This document shows positions 1 to 12,123 of a DNA stretch of 64,000 nucleotides, one piece after another. The notes beneath the pieces are model-generated. The model had not been told where the DNA came from. It did no database searches and was given only the letters and a program-made list of their open reading frames with translations. Origin of the DNA: Lama guanicoe (lineage: Eukaryota). A program made the position numbers and the translations under genes. Positions within the stretch are counted from its first letter, which is position 1. Each line of letters begins with the position of its first letter. The DNA is taken from positions 9,646,675 to 9,710,674 of the forward strand of contig MU056000.1 in the NCBI GenBank assembly GCA_013239625.1, in the 5' to 3' direction.

Positions 1-163
1 TTTGTTACAGATCTCCCCACAGGATCAGGCTGAGGTTGGATTCCCCATCCTCTCCCCACCACTCACCCCTTACAGAGTCTCATGAGCACGACCTTAACAA
101 ATCACTTTCACCAGAATCCCAGTCCCATCTCAGGCTCTGCTTCTGGGGAACCCAGTGTAAGAT
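1..163 (+). mobile_element. 3' end of ERVL-type LTR (LTR16-like)
   Basis: Ends in 'aatcactttcaccagaatccc...ctcaggctctgcttctggggaacccagtgtaagataca', resembling the LTR16-family terminus; truncated by the window edge. Confidence 0.55.
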
Positions 164-1049
164 ACAAGCCTTCAGGTCAGGAGCCTAGAAAAAAAGGCTC
201 CCCTAAAACTCAGCCAAAATAAAATATAAGCAAGATATTAATAAAATGAGAGGGAAATTAATGAAAAGGAGGGAAAATGTGAGCTTGATAAACCGAACAA
301 GAACTTGAACTTTTGAACACTTTTGAAATAGACCTGTCAGCTGACCTCCACTTACCTGACTCATTGGATTAGTCACAGCCCTTTCCATTCATCTTATGAA
401 TCATTGTGCCTTATGTGAAAAACAGGTAATATGGAACTCAGAATAGCTGGTGCAGTCTCAAAGACAGACTTTGTCCCCACAGCAAACATTGTAACTGAAT
501 TCCTATGGGTGCATATTTGTCAGAACAAAAAGTATTCAATCACAAAGCATATCTGTTATATTTTTGAACACTAACTACTTTTTTTTTCAGTTAACTAACC
601 AACTGCTAGTACCAATCCCATTGGATTAGTGTGCTTCATTCTGCTCAAAAAAAGACTTCAAAAACCATAGGATAAGAAAGGAAAATAAGAAAATATATGC
701 ATGAATTCTCATTTGTGGAAGAATAAACTGGAAACTAATATGATTAATGGGCAGGTGAAAACAGCATGGAAAAATGATTCTTCTAAGTACTTTTGCCATA
801 AGAGTCTTTGCCAGTTGAGCAGTTGCTCTGTAAGCAGTTTCATACCATAAGTCGTTGGCCATGACAATTTTGCCACAAGAGATAAATTATTGAAAATAAA
901 ATAAAAGAGGGACATTAAAAAGGATATAATAAAACATGAAAAATTAATTATATTTTTTAAGATTATACAGTGAAAAATAAAAATAGAAAGAAATACTTGA
1001 ATACATTTAAAAGGTGCTTAGATTCACGGTTATAACTGTATTCAGTATA

Positions 1050-1226
1050 GAGTTGTCCCTTGGTATCCCCAGGGGATTGGTCCCATAACACCCCTGCAGA
1101 TACTGAAATCCACGGATGCTCAAGTCTCATGCAAAATGGCCTAATTCAGTCACATATTTGCAGGTTCAGCATCCAAGATGGGTAGAACCTTTGGGTGCAG
1201 GACCCAGGGATGTGGAGGACCGACAG
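1050..1226 (+). mobile_element. MER2-like non-autonomous Tigger (TcMar) DNA transposon
   Basis: 'gagttgtcccttggtatccccaggggattgg...aaatccacggatgctcaagtc...gatgtggaggaccgacag' matches the MER2 termini; TA flanks both sides (1048-1049 and 1227-1228). Confidence 0.8.
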
Positions 1227-1228
1227 TA

Positions 1229-2000
1229 TCTTAGAGAAAGGAATGATACTTCCTTCCACAAAGTCAATCATTAAGCACTCAGGATCTCATGTTGGATGTA
1301 AGCTCTTTAAAATAGGTTTTTTTAAATCTGAAAATCTCTTCCGGTTTCCCTGAAAGTAAGAGACCAGGTGAGGGACACCGCTGTTTCATACAAACACATG
1401 TAACGTATGTAAATGATAGTATGCATCCAGACGCATACCTGGTCGTAATATTTCACCAGACTATCTAAGCCACCTGTCTACATCATGGTCTCCACTATCA
1501 AGCAGCAAAAAACGTTCACCGTTTTCCACAAACTTTTCAGGAATCATACAACCATTTCTTCGGGGATCATAGGAGGAGCTTGAGTCTTCTTTAGTCATCA
1601 ACTTCCAATATTGCATGACAAATCGTGAAAGGCACCTTGACAGAACAAACTGTTGTATCTAAATTAGCTAAAGAATTAATCACCGATGCGCTCAAAGACT
1701 GCTGTGAATTACCAGCTGCCTTTTGTACTTGCCATAGCTTGGTAAACTTTCGGTTTTGATGCGTTGGAGGGATGACTGTGCTCACAAAGGATTTGCAAAC
1801 GCTGATGTGTTCCCATTTTGTAGCAAAGCATGCAATCTGGGTTTATAGTCTCCTATTTCACACTTCCTGTAAGTTTTCTTATCACCGCATTTTCTATCAA
1901 GTTGATATAAGTAGTTGTTATCATCCACTATTTTAAGGCCTCCACGTTTACTCTTAACTGTACAGATCATTTTGAGGCCTATGCGATTTATATAATACAA
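1229..2000 (-). mobile_element. Degenerate Mutator-like (MULE/MuDR, Ricksha-like) transposase fossil with N-terminal FLYWCH domain
   Basis: Minus-strand translations in the expected order: SKRGGLKIVDDNNYLYQLDRKCGDKKTYRKC (FLYWCH-like), IPEKFVENGERFLLLDSGDHDVDR, YHLHTLHVFV, PECLMIDFVEG (MULE 'DFE'-like catalytic region). Broken by stops and frameshifts. Confidence 0.75.
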
Positions 2001-3274
2001 AAATTGGAGTACTGCCTCAATGGAGAAATGAAACCAAACTCACAACCAGTTGAAACCAAACTGTCAAATCAAACTGACAACCAGTTATTTCATCTTTCAC
2101 TACAAAATTGCCTTAGGGCCATTAGACGTGTGGGAAAACTGCTTGCAGCAGAAACGTTTAAGGGGAGATCAAAATAATAATAAAGAAAAGGGGGAATGGA
2201 AATGGGGTGAAAGAGTGAAGTGGGAGTCACATTCTCTGCGTGCGCAGTTTTGTGCACCTCTGACTTTCAGAACCACTTTCATGTTTCGCGTGATCAAAAT
2301 TAAGTAATTGCAGTTAAGCAGAATGCGTGCATGGGCTGGAGTGAGGGGGTCACTGGTACAGGGTGCAGTCACCTGGGCTCCATCCTGCAGCGTCCACAAC
2401 GCACGTAGGGAGGAACACACCTCTGCTCTCCCAGACTTCCTGCAGGTGAGGATTCCACAGCTCTGTTCCCTGAAATTGGGCAGGAGGGAGAGTGGGAGCA
2501 TCGCTTGTGGCTTCTGTTCACCTCAAGTAGGGCAGATAAAGCGGAAAAGCTTCTGTCCCATAGGAATTCCTCTTCTTGGTTCTCTGTCTAGAAAGAATGG
2601 CTCTTTCTGGGACTTTTAATGTCTCCTCCCAAAGGCAGTCTAGCTTTCAGTTCTGTTCTGGTGCTCGGGCATAGATCAATCGTAGGCAAAAAATAAAAAA
2701 ATAAAAAAATAACCCACTGCCAGGTCATTCCATAGGACTAGAGATCTTTACCCAGTATAGCTCCATTTTCTACCTTTCAGTATCGTCTGATAGTTTAGGT
2801 TTATTAGTTGTTCCTAGTAAGAGAGACAAGACACGATCTGCTTCTCCCACACGACCTGGAACCAGAACTCAAAAAACTCCCGATTTTTATTTCTTTCAGA
2901 ATATCAGGTTTCTTCTCTGTTTGGCTGTTTCTGGTCCTGTCTGGCCATTTTATGTCCTCTGAATTCACTTCCCTGCTTTGGTTCTCTCCTTTCAATGGAG
3001 CTCCCAAAGAATGATATTTAAATTTTATTACTCCTTTCCCATATATTAAATGAAACTCTTATCTGAAAAGAACTGTCTTTCAGCAACTATTTGGTTCCCC
3101 TGAAATAGACTAGTTTCAGGAAAAGCCAAGGAATATTTGATTCATTCCTTTGATTTACCATTTTTCAGAAATAAAATACAGTATTTTATTTTTAGGAAGT
3201 TTGTGTGTATAGATATTCTACTCATATATTACATGTAATATATTATACACCACACGTTATTATAGTGTAAGCCC

Positions 3275-3869
3275 TGTTAGTCGTTTGTTTGTTTTTACTG
3301 CGAGTGCTTGACTTGAGCTTTGATTGCCAGGACATCTGCTTCGAAGAGAAGAGGCACCCACTTCAAAGATGGCTGTCTCCGACAACCACCACGCCAGCCA
3401 CAGACCAGCTCAAGAGCCAGGCTGCTGGCACCGCCCCCCACCCCACCCCCAAGCACACAGCCTGCTTTGTCTTAGGAATCTTGGTTGATTTCCATCACTG
3501 ACCATTTGGGCTGCATGTTTTTTCTCTCTCTCTCTACACTTTAAACTCCTTCTCCTCTGTTTTAAATTCACCAATAAAAAGTGAATCTAGCAAACTCTAA
3601 GTCCCCACCCTCAACCCCAGTAAGGAACCCCAGGTTTCCCAGTTTTCTTTCCTTTCACCTCTCTCTCTCTGTCTGTCTTTCTATTTCTCCCTTGTTGTGT
3701 GGCCTCAGGTGTGCCCTGTACCTGCCAGGACCTGTGAGTAATAAAATGTGATCTTTTTTCAAAGTCCCCTGATAGCTATTGCTGAGGATGTCTTGCGGTT
3801 ATAATAAGAACCCCAAGGGTGGGTCCGCCACGGCGCTGGTTACAAATAGGCTGAGGCCATCATGAAACA
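3275..3869 (+). mobile_element. Solo LTR, ERVL class (MER54/LTR75-like)
   Basis: TG...CA ends, start 'tgttagtcgtttg...gtgcttgacttgagctttgat...ttcaaagatggctg', two internal AATAAA; no clear TSD. Confidence 0.6.
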
Positions 3870-5510
3870 ACTCTACACCATAACAGGCAGTATGTGGCAT
3901 ACATTATACACTCTGCATAATATAATATATAGAACATGATATATTCTATATCTAAAAGAATGTACACTGAGCTGCTATCAGTGATTTTCCTGGTAAATGG
4001 AAAGGTAGTTAGGGAATGGAGGGGGAACTTCCACTTTCTACCACATTAGCTCTGTTTTCCTTGAATTATTTTTAACAAGCAAGCACACACTTCGTTTACA
4101 GTTTTTGAGATGACCAAAAAGGAGAAATAACTCTTATTTTCTAAGTTTTCCTAAAATACTTCGTCAATATCTAGTCCATTTATGTTGTTTAAGAAGAAAA
4201 CTCTGCAAGTAAACACTCAGCTTCCAAAGGTTGAAGTAAAGAAATGAGATTAGAATTTCAAAAGGACTGAACTTTCTTCTTGACCCATATTCAGTTGCCT
4301 GAAGAAAGGAGAATTCTATGAATTGCTTCCTGACACATTTGACCTGATCCTAAGTTTGCTGAACATTGTTAATACCACTCCCCTTCTGTGTATCATCTGT
4401 AGTAGTTGCCTTCAGCAGTGAGTTTGAAATAGACTTTAATATAAGAGGCCTATTTCCTTCCCACTAATTTGATTTCATAAAGCACAGTGGGGACAAGTAA
4501 TTGTTCTGGTGATAATATGAAGCTACGATGTATTTTCCAAATATGTAATTAAAATGTTTCCCTTTTATCTTCGTAAACAAGCCCAGGCCAACCAACTCAA
4601 CCCAAATGATAGGGAATCCTTGTGTATATTTGGGAAAGGTAACATCAGTATTCTAAGACTTCTATTAGTGTCTCTCCATGGAGACATAATACATAGGAAT
4701 TACATCATACAGTGTAATCTGTTAAGAATTTAAAGAGAACTTGCAAATGTTCCAAAAACATAACAAATAATAGATGTGCAACTTGAGGCATCATGTCTAG
4801 ACAAATGAATCGCTCATTCCTATGACATTTATTTCACAGGTTATCAACGCTCCCTTTTTGTGCTACTTAGCAGTGTCAGAATTGTTTTACAGCATCATTA
4901 ACAAAAATGACCAGATCTTGATCATGTATCAATTTACATCATATCAACACTTTTGAACTTAACAGAAACAGTGTAAGACTTCACTAAGATCTGGCACTTC
5001 AGTAGTGTTTGCTCCAGTGATGGAAATATAAAATCACATTGGCACTTCCAGGAAATGTGGGAGGACTTGCATGAACCTAGCATCCATCTCTACTATAGGA
5101 TCACAGTGTCTAGCTGCAGGGGACCCATGTGTGGTGTAACTCAGCTTTCTAGGGCTGAGTCTCTGGAATGGACATGTGTATGCTGAAGGGTTGGTTACAA
5201 AGCACAAATCAAATCATGCAACCCTGATATTCATCAGGAAATACTTGTAGCTGACAAAGCCACCAGACTTGCTGTCGAGATCTCAGTTATGCTATGTGAA
5301 TACGACAAATGAAGAGATGCCAGGATAGTCCCAACCACTGCCTGAAAGCATTCTCCACAGCAGTCATGCACAATGCCTGTGGCTCCACTGTCACGATCCT
5401 TCCTCCAGTCTAGACACAGTGCAAACACTCCTGGGAGAGGAAATAGGGTAGACACTTATCCTTGCATGAAGATTAGTATAAAACTGTGACCTAAAAGCAA
5501 AGAAAACACA

Positions 5511-5969
5511 TGTGGTTGACACAGCTGGTGCCCTGCCTTGACCCCTTTGTGGACAGTGCACCCAGGTGAACCTGTCGTCCAGGTTAAGCTATCCTTCAGA
5601 TTAACCTAGCCTCCAGCTGCTGTGAGTGTTGGCTGCTAGTAGTTCCCAGCTGTACCTTGCACAGATGGTTATCCTCACTCTAGTGGCAGCAGCCTTGCCT
5701 GGGAAGTTAGGCAACCTTCACCCCCAACCTGGGGCAGCCCATAGCCAATCACTGACTGATAATGGTACAAACAGCAGCTCCCATACCACAAGGTGAAGGG
5801 ACCCTATGGTGCAGGTCATGCTCCACAGCATTCAAGCCAAGACCTCATCCATCAGCATTTTTCCTTCCCTAAGCTGCTTCCTCAATCTCCTTCTCCCGAG
5901 AGCCCTCCCTCAATACATCACACGCATCCGAATCCTGGGCTCTGCTTCCAGGAAACCTGACTTGAGACA
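5511..5969 (+). mobile_element. Solo LTR16-like (ERVL)
   Basis: 'ccagctgctgtgagtgttggctgct' motif and terminus 'ggctctgcttccaggaaacctgacttgagaca'. Confidence 0.65.
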
Positions 5970-6514
5970 CAGGAGTAAATTTGAAGGAAGGCGAATAGAG
6001 AGGTGTGCCCATGGCAAGGAGGACATGACTAGCTAAAGAGCTGTCAAGAGGCCTTTAGCCAGAGAATGATAACAAGGTGCTGAGAGAGTGAACCTGGAAA
6101 ATGGAAGAGAAACAGAGCAGTGAGTTCTGCCTGCTTCCCTCTCCTGAAGACAGCACACGGAGCTCCCGAAGAAGAGCCACGTTGCACAAAATGACATGAC
6201 AGGCTGAAAATGTCCGGAGCCAGGGAGGGTGACAGGCTTTGCGAACACTGCCAGGAGCGGCAGGCAGTGAGCCCCAATCTGCACCACGTGAGTGAATGTC
6301 TTTGCCGATTCAGTTCCACTCCCGGTACTTTCGGCTTCTGTTGCATTCCAAGGCCTTCCTCCCAGACTCCTAGTTTCATCTCCCGGAGGAATTGCCTAGG
6401 GACTTTCACCTCCCTAACAAACTCCTTTTTGATGGGTTGGCCCCTCTAGGAGTGTAGTTGCTGTGCACAGAGTAGATTTGTTTCTCTTGTCATTCAAATC
6501 TGTACTTCCTATAC

Positions 6515-6523
6515 GCCTCGGTT

Positions 6524-6571
<48 letters not shown>

Positions 6572-6603
6572 ATGCCTCGGTTGCTCTCTCTCTCTCTCTC
6601 TCT
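6515..6603. repeat. Compound (CT)n microsatellite with duplicated 12-bp leader
   Basis: GCCTCGGTTGCT+(CT)n occurs twice, starting at 6515 and 6574. Confidence 0.9.
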
Positions 6604-8696
6604 GTCCTGAGAGAAATGGGCCAGCTGGAGGACAGACCATGATACAGATGGATGATAACACTCCTGGTGGCTTTCAACTTCCCTGTCTCTTGTCTTTGCC
6701 TTATGAAGATTACATCAGTGAGGTCGAGATAAGAGAAATGGAAAACTTGAGTAAAGCCTGAGGAAAGTGCACTTTACAACAAGAGGACGGTGTCTCTGAC
6801 TTGGGAACACCCCGTTGAGAGTCTGAGTAGGGGAATTGCTTCGTGAGGAAGCAATAAATGATTACCCTGAAGGGTGTTTTCTTTAAAATAGAATTACTGT
6901 AGAATAACTCTAGAACAGTAAATAATTAAAAGTGGTCACCCCATAGAACCTTTTCTAGATCTTTCCCTCAAAGCTCTTTCCAAAATCCTTGCCTAAAGTT
7001 TATTAACCTAGATGTATCCAATTATAAGGAAAAGAGAGCTAGAGAGAGGTAAAAAGAGAAATGTGTTTTTTTAATGTGAGGGAAGTAATCAAATTCTCTT
7101 TTAGCTACTGGAAAATAATTCCTGAATTAAATAAATCAAGGGGATGATATCTTTGAAAAGCAAATAATTACTCAGTTCTAATTAATAGAGGTTTATTTTT
7201 CATCCCTGGTTAGTATGTTCGTGTTTTCAGATGGTGAACACTTGTGCAAGTACTGATTCCATGAGATAGTTGGAGCTGAGACACTCTAACTTGGCTTGTG
7301 TTTACTGAACTTTCTTGCTTTCACCTCACAGCCACAACATCTTCGTTACAAATATCATTACGTGTCTCTGGTGATTAAAAACCTTTCAGTGTCTCCTCGC
7401 TGTTTATGGAACCAGGATGGATAACTCCTGCTTCACCAAGCCCCTTCCTTTCTCCGTCTCATCCCCATGCACCTGAAAAACACCAGATCCTCCGTCCAGC
7501 CTCTCCTTAAGCATCTCTCTTTCAATCCTTTCCTAACCACTCCATCATTTATACCCAGTGGCACTGTTACTCCGACTTCCAGCACCGTAAGGACCTGCTC
7601 ATAAACGCCAGCCTCTTCTAGACTAAGTGCCTTGAAGAGTTTTTTGGTTGATAAAGTTGAATCCCTACCACTTATCACCAGTCGGGCATTAGCTTTGTGA
7701 ACAACAAACATTTATGGAGTTAATTAATGAATTTCATATTAAATTGCAAGATACTGCTTTGCTTCAGAGCGTCAGCAGCAATAAAAGAATAAATTCTATC
7801 TAACTTCCTCGAGAGCAAAATTCAGAAAGGCTAACTTTCTGCCACATAATCTTTCCATGTTAGAGTCAGAAGACTCAAATTTCCACCAAGAAAAAAAGGT
7901 ATAAACTTGGCATTCTGGACTGGTACATTGTTTGATGTTCAGTATCTTGCTGGAAAAAAAAATCAAAGCTGCAACATCAAAGCTTTAGCTTCTTAATTTC
8001 TAACAAATCAATGTGCTTTCATTACTTTGTCTTCATGGCAGTGTTGATCTAATGTAAATTGTATACTGTAATTTTAAAGGTCAATTCTCAACTATTTTGA
8101 CCTAAAAGGAAATTGGGAGAGAGTTTGTTTTTAATACCAGGGAACCCCAGAGTTTGATTTTAGTATTTCTATCCTATTTCAGGTTCTGTCATCCTTTGTT
8201 GTAGGAATTTGAGGCGGATTTTGCCCCGTGGTTTTGGACTCAATAAGTAATTGTTTTTGAGAGAATCTCATTGTCTTCTTGTCCGTTGTTGCCCAATTTA
8301 ATATACCCTGACAAAAAAAGGGGTCCAAGTAAAAAGAAAGCTGGGTAATATGTTAAATCTATTTTCAAGCACTACAATTCATTTTAATATATACCATGAA
8401 ATTCTAGCTACTTCAGAGTTTTGAGCATTGCTTTTGAAGATATTAATGAGTCACCTGTCAGAATGCCTGCCTCTGAAGATTCATAATGCCGAGAGGCTCT
8501 AGCTTGGAGACCTTAAATGGAAGCATTGATTATATTCTTCAGTGTCTATGGAACTTAAACATGAATCCCTTACCACCTATAATTAACTTTATATTAAGCC
8601 TTTGATGAACATGTGGAAATATAAAAACATGCTTTGCACCAATATTACCAATACCTATGACTTTATGAGGACAAATGCTCTGTGAATAAGATCGGA

Positions 8697-8870
8697 ATAA
8701 TAATAACTTAAGATTTTATTATCTCTTACTGTATACCAGCCAGTGTGCTGTGGGCTTTTCATACTTTATCCCATTTAATCTCCTCAAAAATCCCAAACAG
8801 TAACTACTTTTAAGTCCATACTTTACCAGTCGGGAAACCAAGGCTTTGAGGAACTGCATATAACTTAAGC
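8697..8870 (-). mobile_element. MIR SINE relic
   Basis: Degenerate 'ccagtgtgctg...cccatttaatctcctc...gggaaaccaaggct' MIR core on the reverse strand. Confidence 0.55.
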
Positions 8871-9222
8871 AAAAATTTGGGGGGGGGATTTCAATTGAAT
8901 ATGATCAGATAGTAGACCAACTCACAAAAATATAAATGAGGAAATCTTATATTTTTAAAAGGCTACATGTTGGGGCAAGAAAAATGAAGAAGAGAAAAAG
9001 GAGAAGGACAAATGCAGAATTGGGGTTCCCAGTATTTCCTTCTGAATGATGAAAAAAGTTTTCACATATTGAGGTATGGAGAAGTCATTCTGGCTTTTAC
9101 ATGATTTGACTTGAGCTTTACGCGGGCTAGAACATCCTGTCTCATGGCCTGTCAAGCATGCATTATACATCTGCTTTAACCATTAAAGAAAATAATTCAT
9201 TTAAAAATCAAAATGGAGTAAC

Positions 9223-9651
9223 TGTGGCTCAGGCATTCAGAATGGAGCTGCATGGCCATTGTGGATATGGTTCCAGGCAATTTTCCTGTATCACTGAGAA
9301 CCTGAATTTTCTGAACTGTATCAGACTTAAGGGCACCATCAGCCATTTTCAAAACAATGCCTGCCAGTAGCTACCAGCCACAACCTTATGGACTCAAGGT
9401 CTCCCCTTATAGTTATACACCCATTTTGGACCCCAAACTATCCTTACTTAATTAGCACCCTTACTTCTTGTTAGCTCCAGTCCTAATCCTTGCAAACAAC
9501 TTATGTGACTTTGTGAGTTTTGCCTATATAAATCTCTCCCATTTTGTACTCTGGCAGAGCACAATGCAAGTGCTTCTTGAATCTGTGTCTCCCAGGCTAT
9601 AGTCCTTGGTGTGGCTCAAATAAAACTCATTTCTAGTCCTTTTATTGATCA
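9223..9651 (+). mobile_element. Solo LTR (ERV1-like) with TATA and polyA signal
   Basis: TG start, 'cctatataaa' near 9524, 'gtgcttcttgaatctgtgtctcccaggctatagtcc' R-region and AATAAA near 9619; the end is approximate. Confidence 0.6.
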
Positions 9652-9859
9652 CTTATTGAGGTGTGGGCAATCTAGCATGCATGCCCACCAAGAAGCTCCC
9701 AGGTTTCTGGGAGACACTCAATGCTGCCTGCAAAAAATGCCTAACAGAGGTCACATACTTGTGTTTTGAGAGTGTGCTGTGAACAATGTGTCCACCCAAG
9801 CACCAGGAAGACATTAGTGAATAAGGCAAAGCCCCTACTCCCAAATCACCTGCTTTCTG

Positions 9860-10995
9860 AAGGGGTCCAGGTTGTGTGGGCCTCTAGTATGTGCAATTTT
9901 GGGGGGAAACTCTTTAATATAAGAATATCAAAAATTATTAATATAAAATTAGGTACAAAAGTGAATATTAATTTAGAACAAAAAATTTTACAGTAAATAA
10001 CTTTTAAAGCCTAGAGAATAACACAAATATTAAAAAATACTTAATGGCTTTGAAAAATAATGTAACATTTGAATTACTTACCTGATTAATACATACCCAC
10101 AGTATTTTCCCCTACATTTTGACTGTATACTCTTCGATCACTTCTCATATGAAGATCTTTAAATATCTTTTACTTTAAACAGAATAGAAAGGTAATCTAG
10201 TCTTTCCTCAAGTGTGGCTGATACAATTTGTTTTTGCCATTGATTTTTTAACCTAGGTTTATTTCAGCTTCAAAACTTGTTACTGAGAGTGACATTTTTA
10301 GCATTTTTGTCAATTTGGGAAAGTCTTTATTGAATTTCTTTTATATATGAGCTGCTAGAGATAATTCATCTACAGACGTGCGCTCTCTGAATAGCAAAAT
10401 TCTGAAATTTTCTACATTGTGTGATTTCCATCAAAAAGAAGAAGAAAATACATTGCACAGCACTGGCCATGTTCCTGACAGGAGTTCATACTCATTTTGA
10501 AATTTGATGAGAAGCAAACCTCCAGTTGTCAATTTTTTTAACAGTTAAGAGTTTTCCACAAACCTCTCTCTTCACACATTTCAATCCACACATTAGGTGC
10601 CGCACTTCATGTTCATATTGGGACGTGACTTCTGGCCTTCACGTGCCTGTGCCATGTGAACCAGAACAAGGGCTGGGGAAGCACTCCTGTAAAGAGCCTT
10701 TCCATTCCCAGGACAACTAGAAATAACTTCACTCTTCAAGGAAGTGGCTGCAAACCACATTCACACAGCCCTCTAAGCTCAACTAAGCCTGTTTACCTAA
10801 GTCCCAAACATGCCTGTACTGCAGCACAACTCACCAAGTGGGGACATGAAGGAAGATTTGTAGGGAAAAGAGCCTGTGGTCTTAACCAATTATGGTTAAA
10901 GTACATTAGTTTTGGAAATTTCACAAATTGCAATGGACACACAGTAGGACCCCTCTGAGGACCTTGGGAAAGAGCAGCTTTACCGTGAAGCTGAT
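9860..10995. mobile_element. hAT-Tip100 DNA transposon fossil (Arthur1/MER53/MER69-like)
   Basis: Left end 'ggggtccaggttgtgtgggcc...aattttggggg...aaattaggtacaaaagtgaatattaatttagaa'; right end 'ttttggaaatttcacaaa...ggacccctctgaggaccttggg' plus 'tttaccgtgaagct'. Confidence 0.6.
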
Positions 10996-11012
10996 TTTGC
11001 CATAGGTTAGAC

Positions 11013-11255
11013 AAGTGGCTCTCAACAGAAGGGGAGCATGGAGTTTTCCCAGGGGACGTCTGGCAATGATTGGAGGCCTCAGTTTTGGTTGTCGTAACTG
11101 GAGTGGGAAGTGGGAGGGTTGTTAATGACATCCAGTGGGGTAAAGGCCAGGGATGCTGCTAAACATCTTATCACGCACAAAACTGTCCCCTCCCCCACCC
11201 CCAGCAAAGAGTCATCTGTGCCACAGTGTTAATAGTGCCAAGACTGAGAAACCCC
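11013..11255 (+). mobile_element. MER20 (hAT-Charlie) DNA transposon
   Basis: 'ggccagggatgctgctaaacatc' and 'aatagtgccaagactgagaaaccc' diagnostic motifs; near-identical 8-bp TSD ggttagac/agttagac. Confidence 0.85.
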
Positions 11256-11289
11256 AGTTAGACAGATCAAGCACAAGTAAGGAGCTCAA

Positions 11290-12123
11290 CGAGCGAGATC
11301 ATTCAAATAGAGATGCATGCTGTAGAGCATCAGGTCACAGAGTGTGTCCAGGGAGGGAGTGCTCCTCTGCGTGAGGTAAGGAAGGTGTTGCCAGTGAAGC
11401 AGAGGTGACTTTTGAGCTGAGATCTGAACAACAGAGTAAAAAATTGGGGGTAAAAACATTTGGAGATGAAGCACTCCAGGCAGAGCGAAGTGCAATGCCC
11501 ACAGTGGTGAAGAGTTCGAGGTGCTGAGACGCAGAGCAGCCAGTGTAACTGGGTCACAGTGAGCAAATAATGGAACCCAAAAGCGTGAGGCCTTGTAGAC
11601 CAGCATGGCGTTCAAAGGGAAAGTGAAGTGATCTGACTTAAGATGTAAAGGCTATGCTGCTGACAATGAAGGGTAGGAGAGCAGCAAAGAATGCAGGAGA
11701 ACATTGGCAGGTGACAGCAACAGTCCAGGCAAATGACAACTGTAGCCTGGACCAGTGATACCAGTGGAGAGGAAAGTAGCGGACAGAGGAGGGACTCATT
11801 TTGAAAACAGACCTTAGAGTTCTTGCTGAGAGATTAAATGGAAGGATAAATAAGGAGAGGCCTAAAGAATGACCCATAAGCTTTGTGATTGAGCAACTGG
11901 ATAGATGTTCTTGTGATTTTCTGAGATGGCAAAGATTTTGGAGAGTCGCAAAATCTAAAATTTCTGTTTGGCCATGGCACATTCAAGATGCTTTATTAGG
12001 CATTCAAATGGAAATGCTAAAGAGTCAGGCAGTTAGATAGAGGAGTCTGAATTCAATGGAGAGGTCAGGACTAGAGATATAAATGTATGAGTCATCAGCA
12101 TATGGATGGTGTTTAAAACCCAT
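11290..12123 (-). mobile_element. L2 LINE fragment
   Basis: Purine-rich antisense L2 motifs: 'gagctgagatctgaa', 'gtccaggcaaatgacaactgtagcctggaccag', 'ggactagagatataaatgtatgagtcatcagcatatggatgg'. Confidence 0.75.

Noticed and set aside
626..862. 'FPCCFHL' resembling the MULE 'GCxFHL' motif
   Set aside because: Too far from the LMIDF motif (several hundred bp even excluding MER2) and the surrounding residues do not fit; probably chance.
6414..6677. ORF with (ER)n repeat
   Set aside because: Translation of a (GA)n microsatellite.
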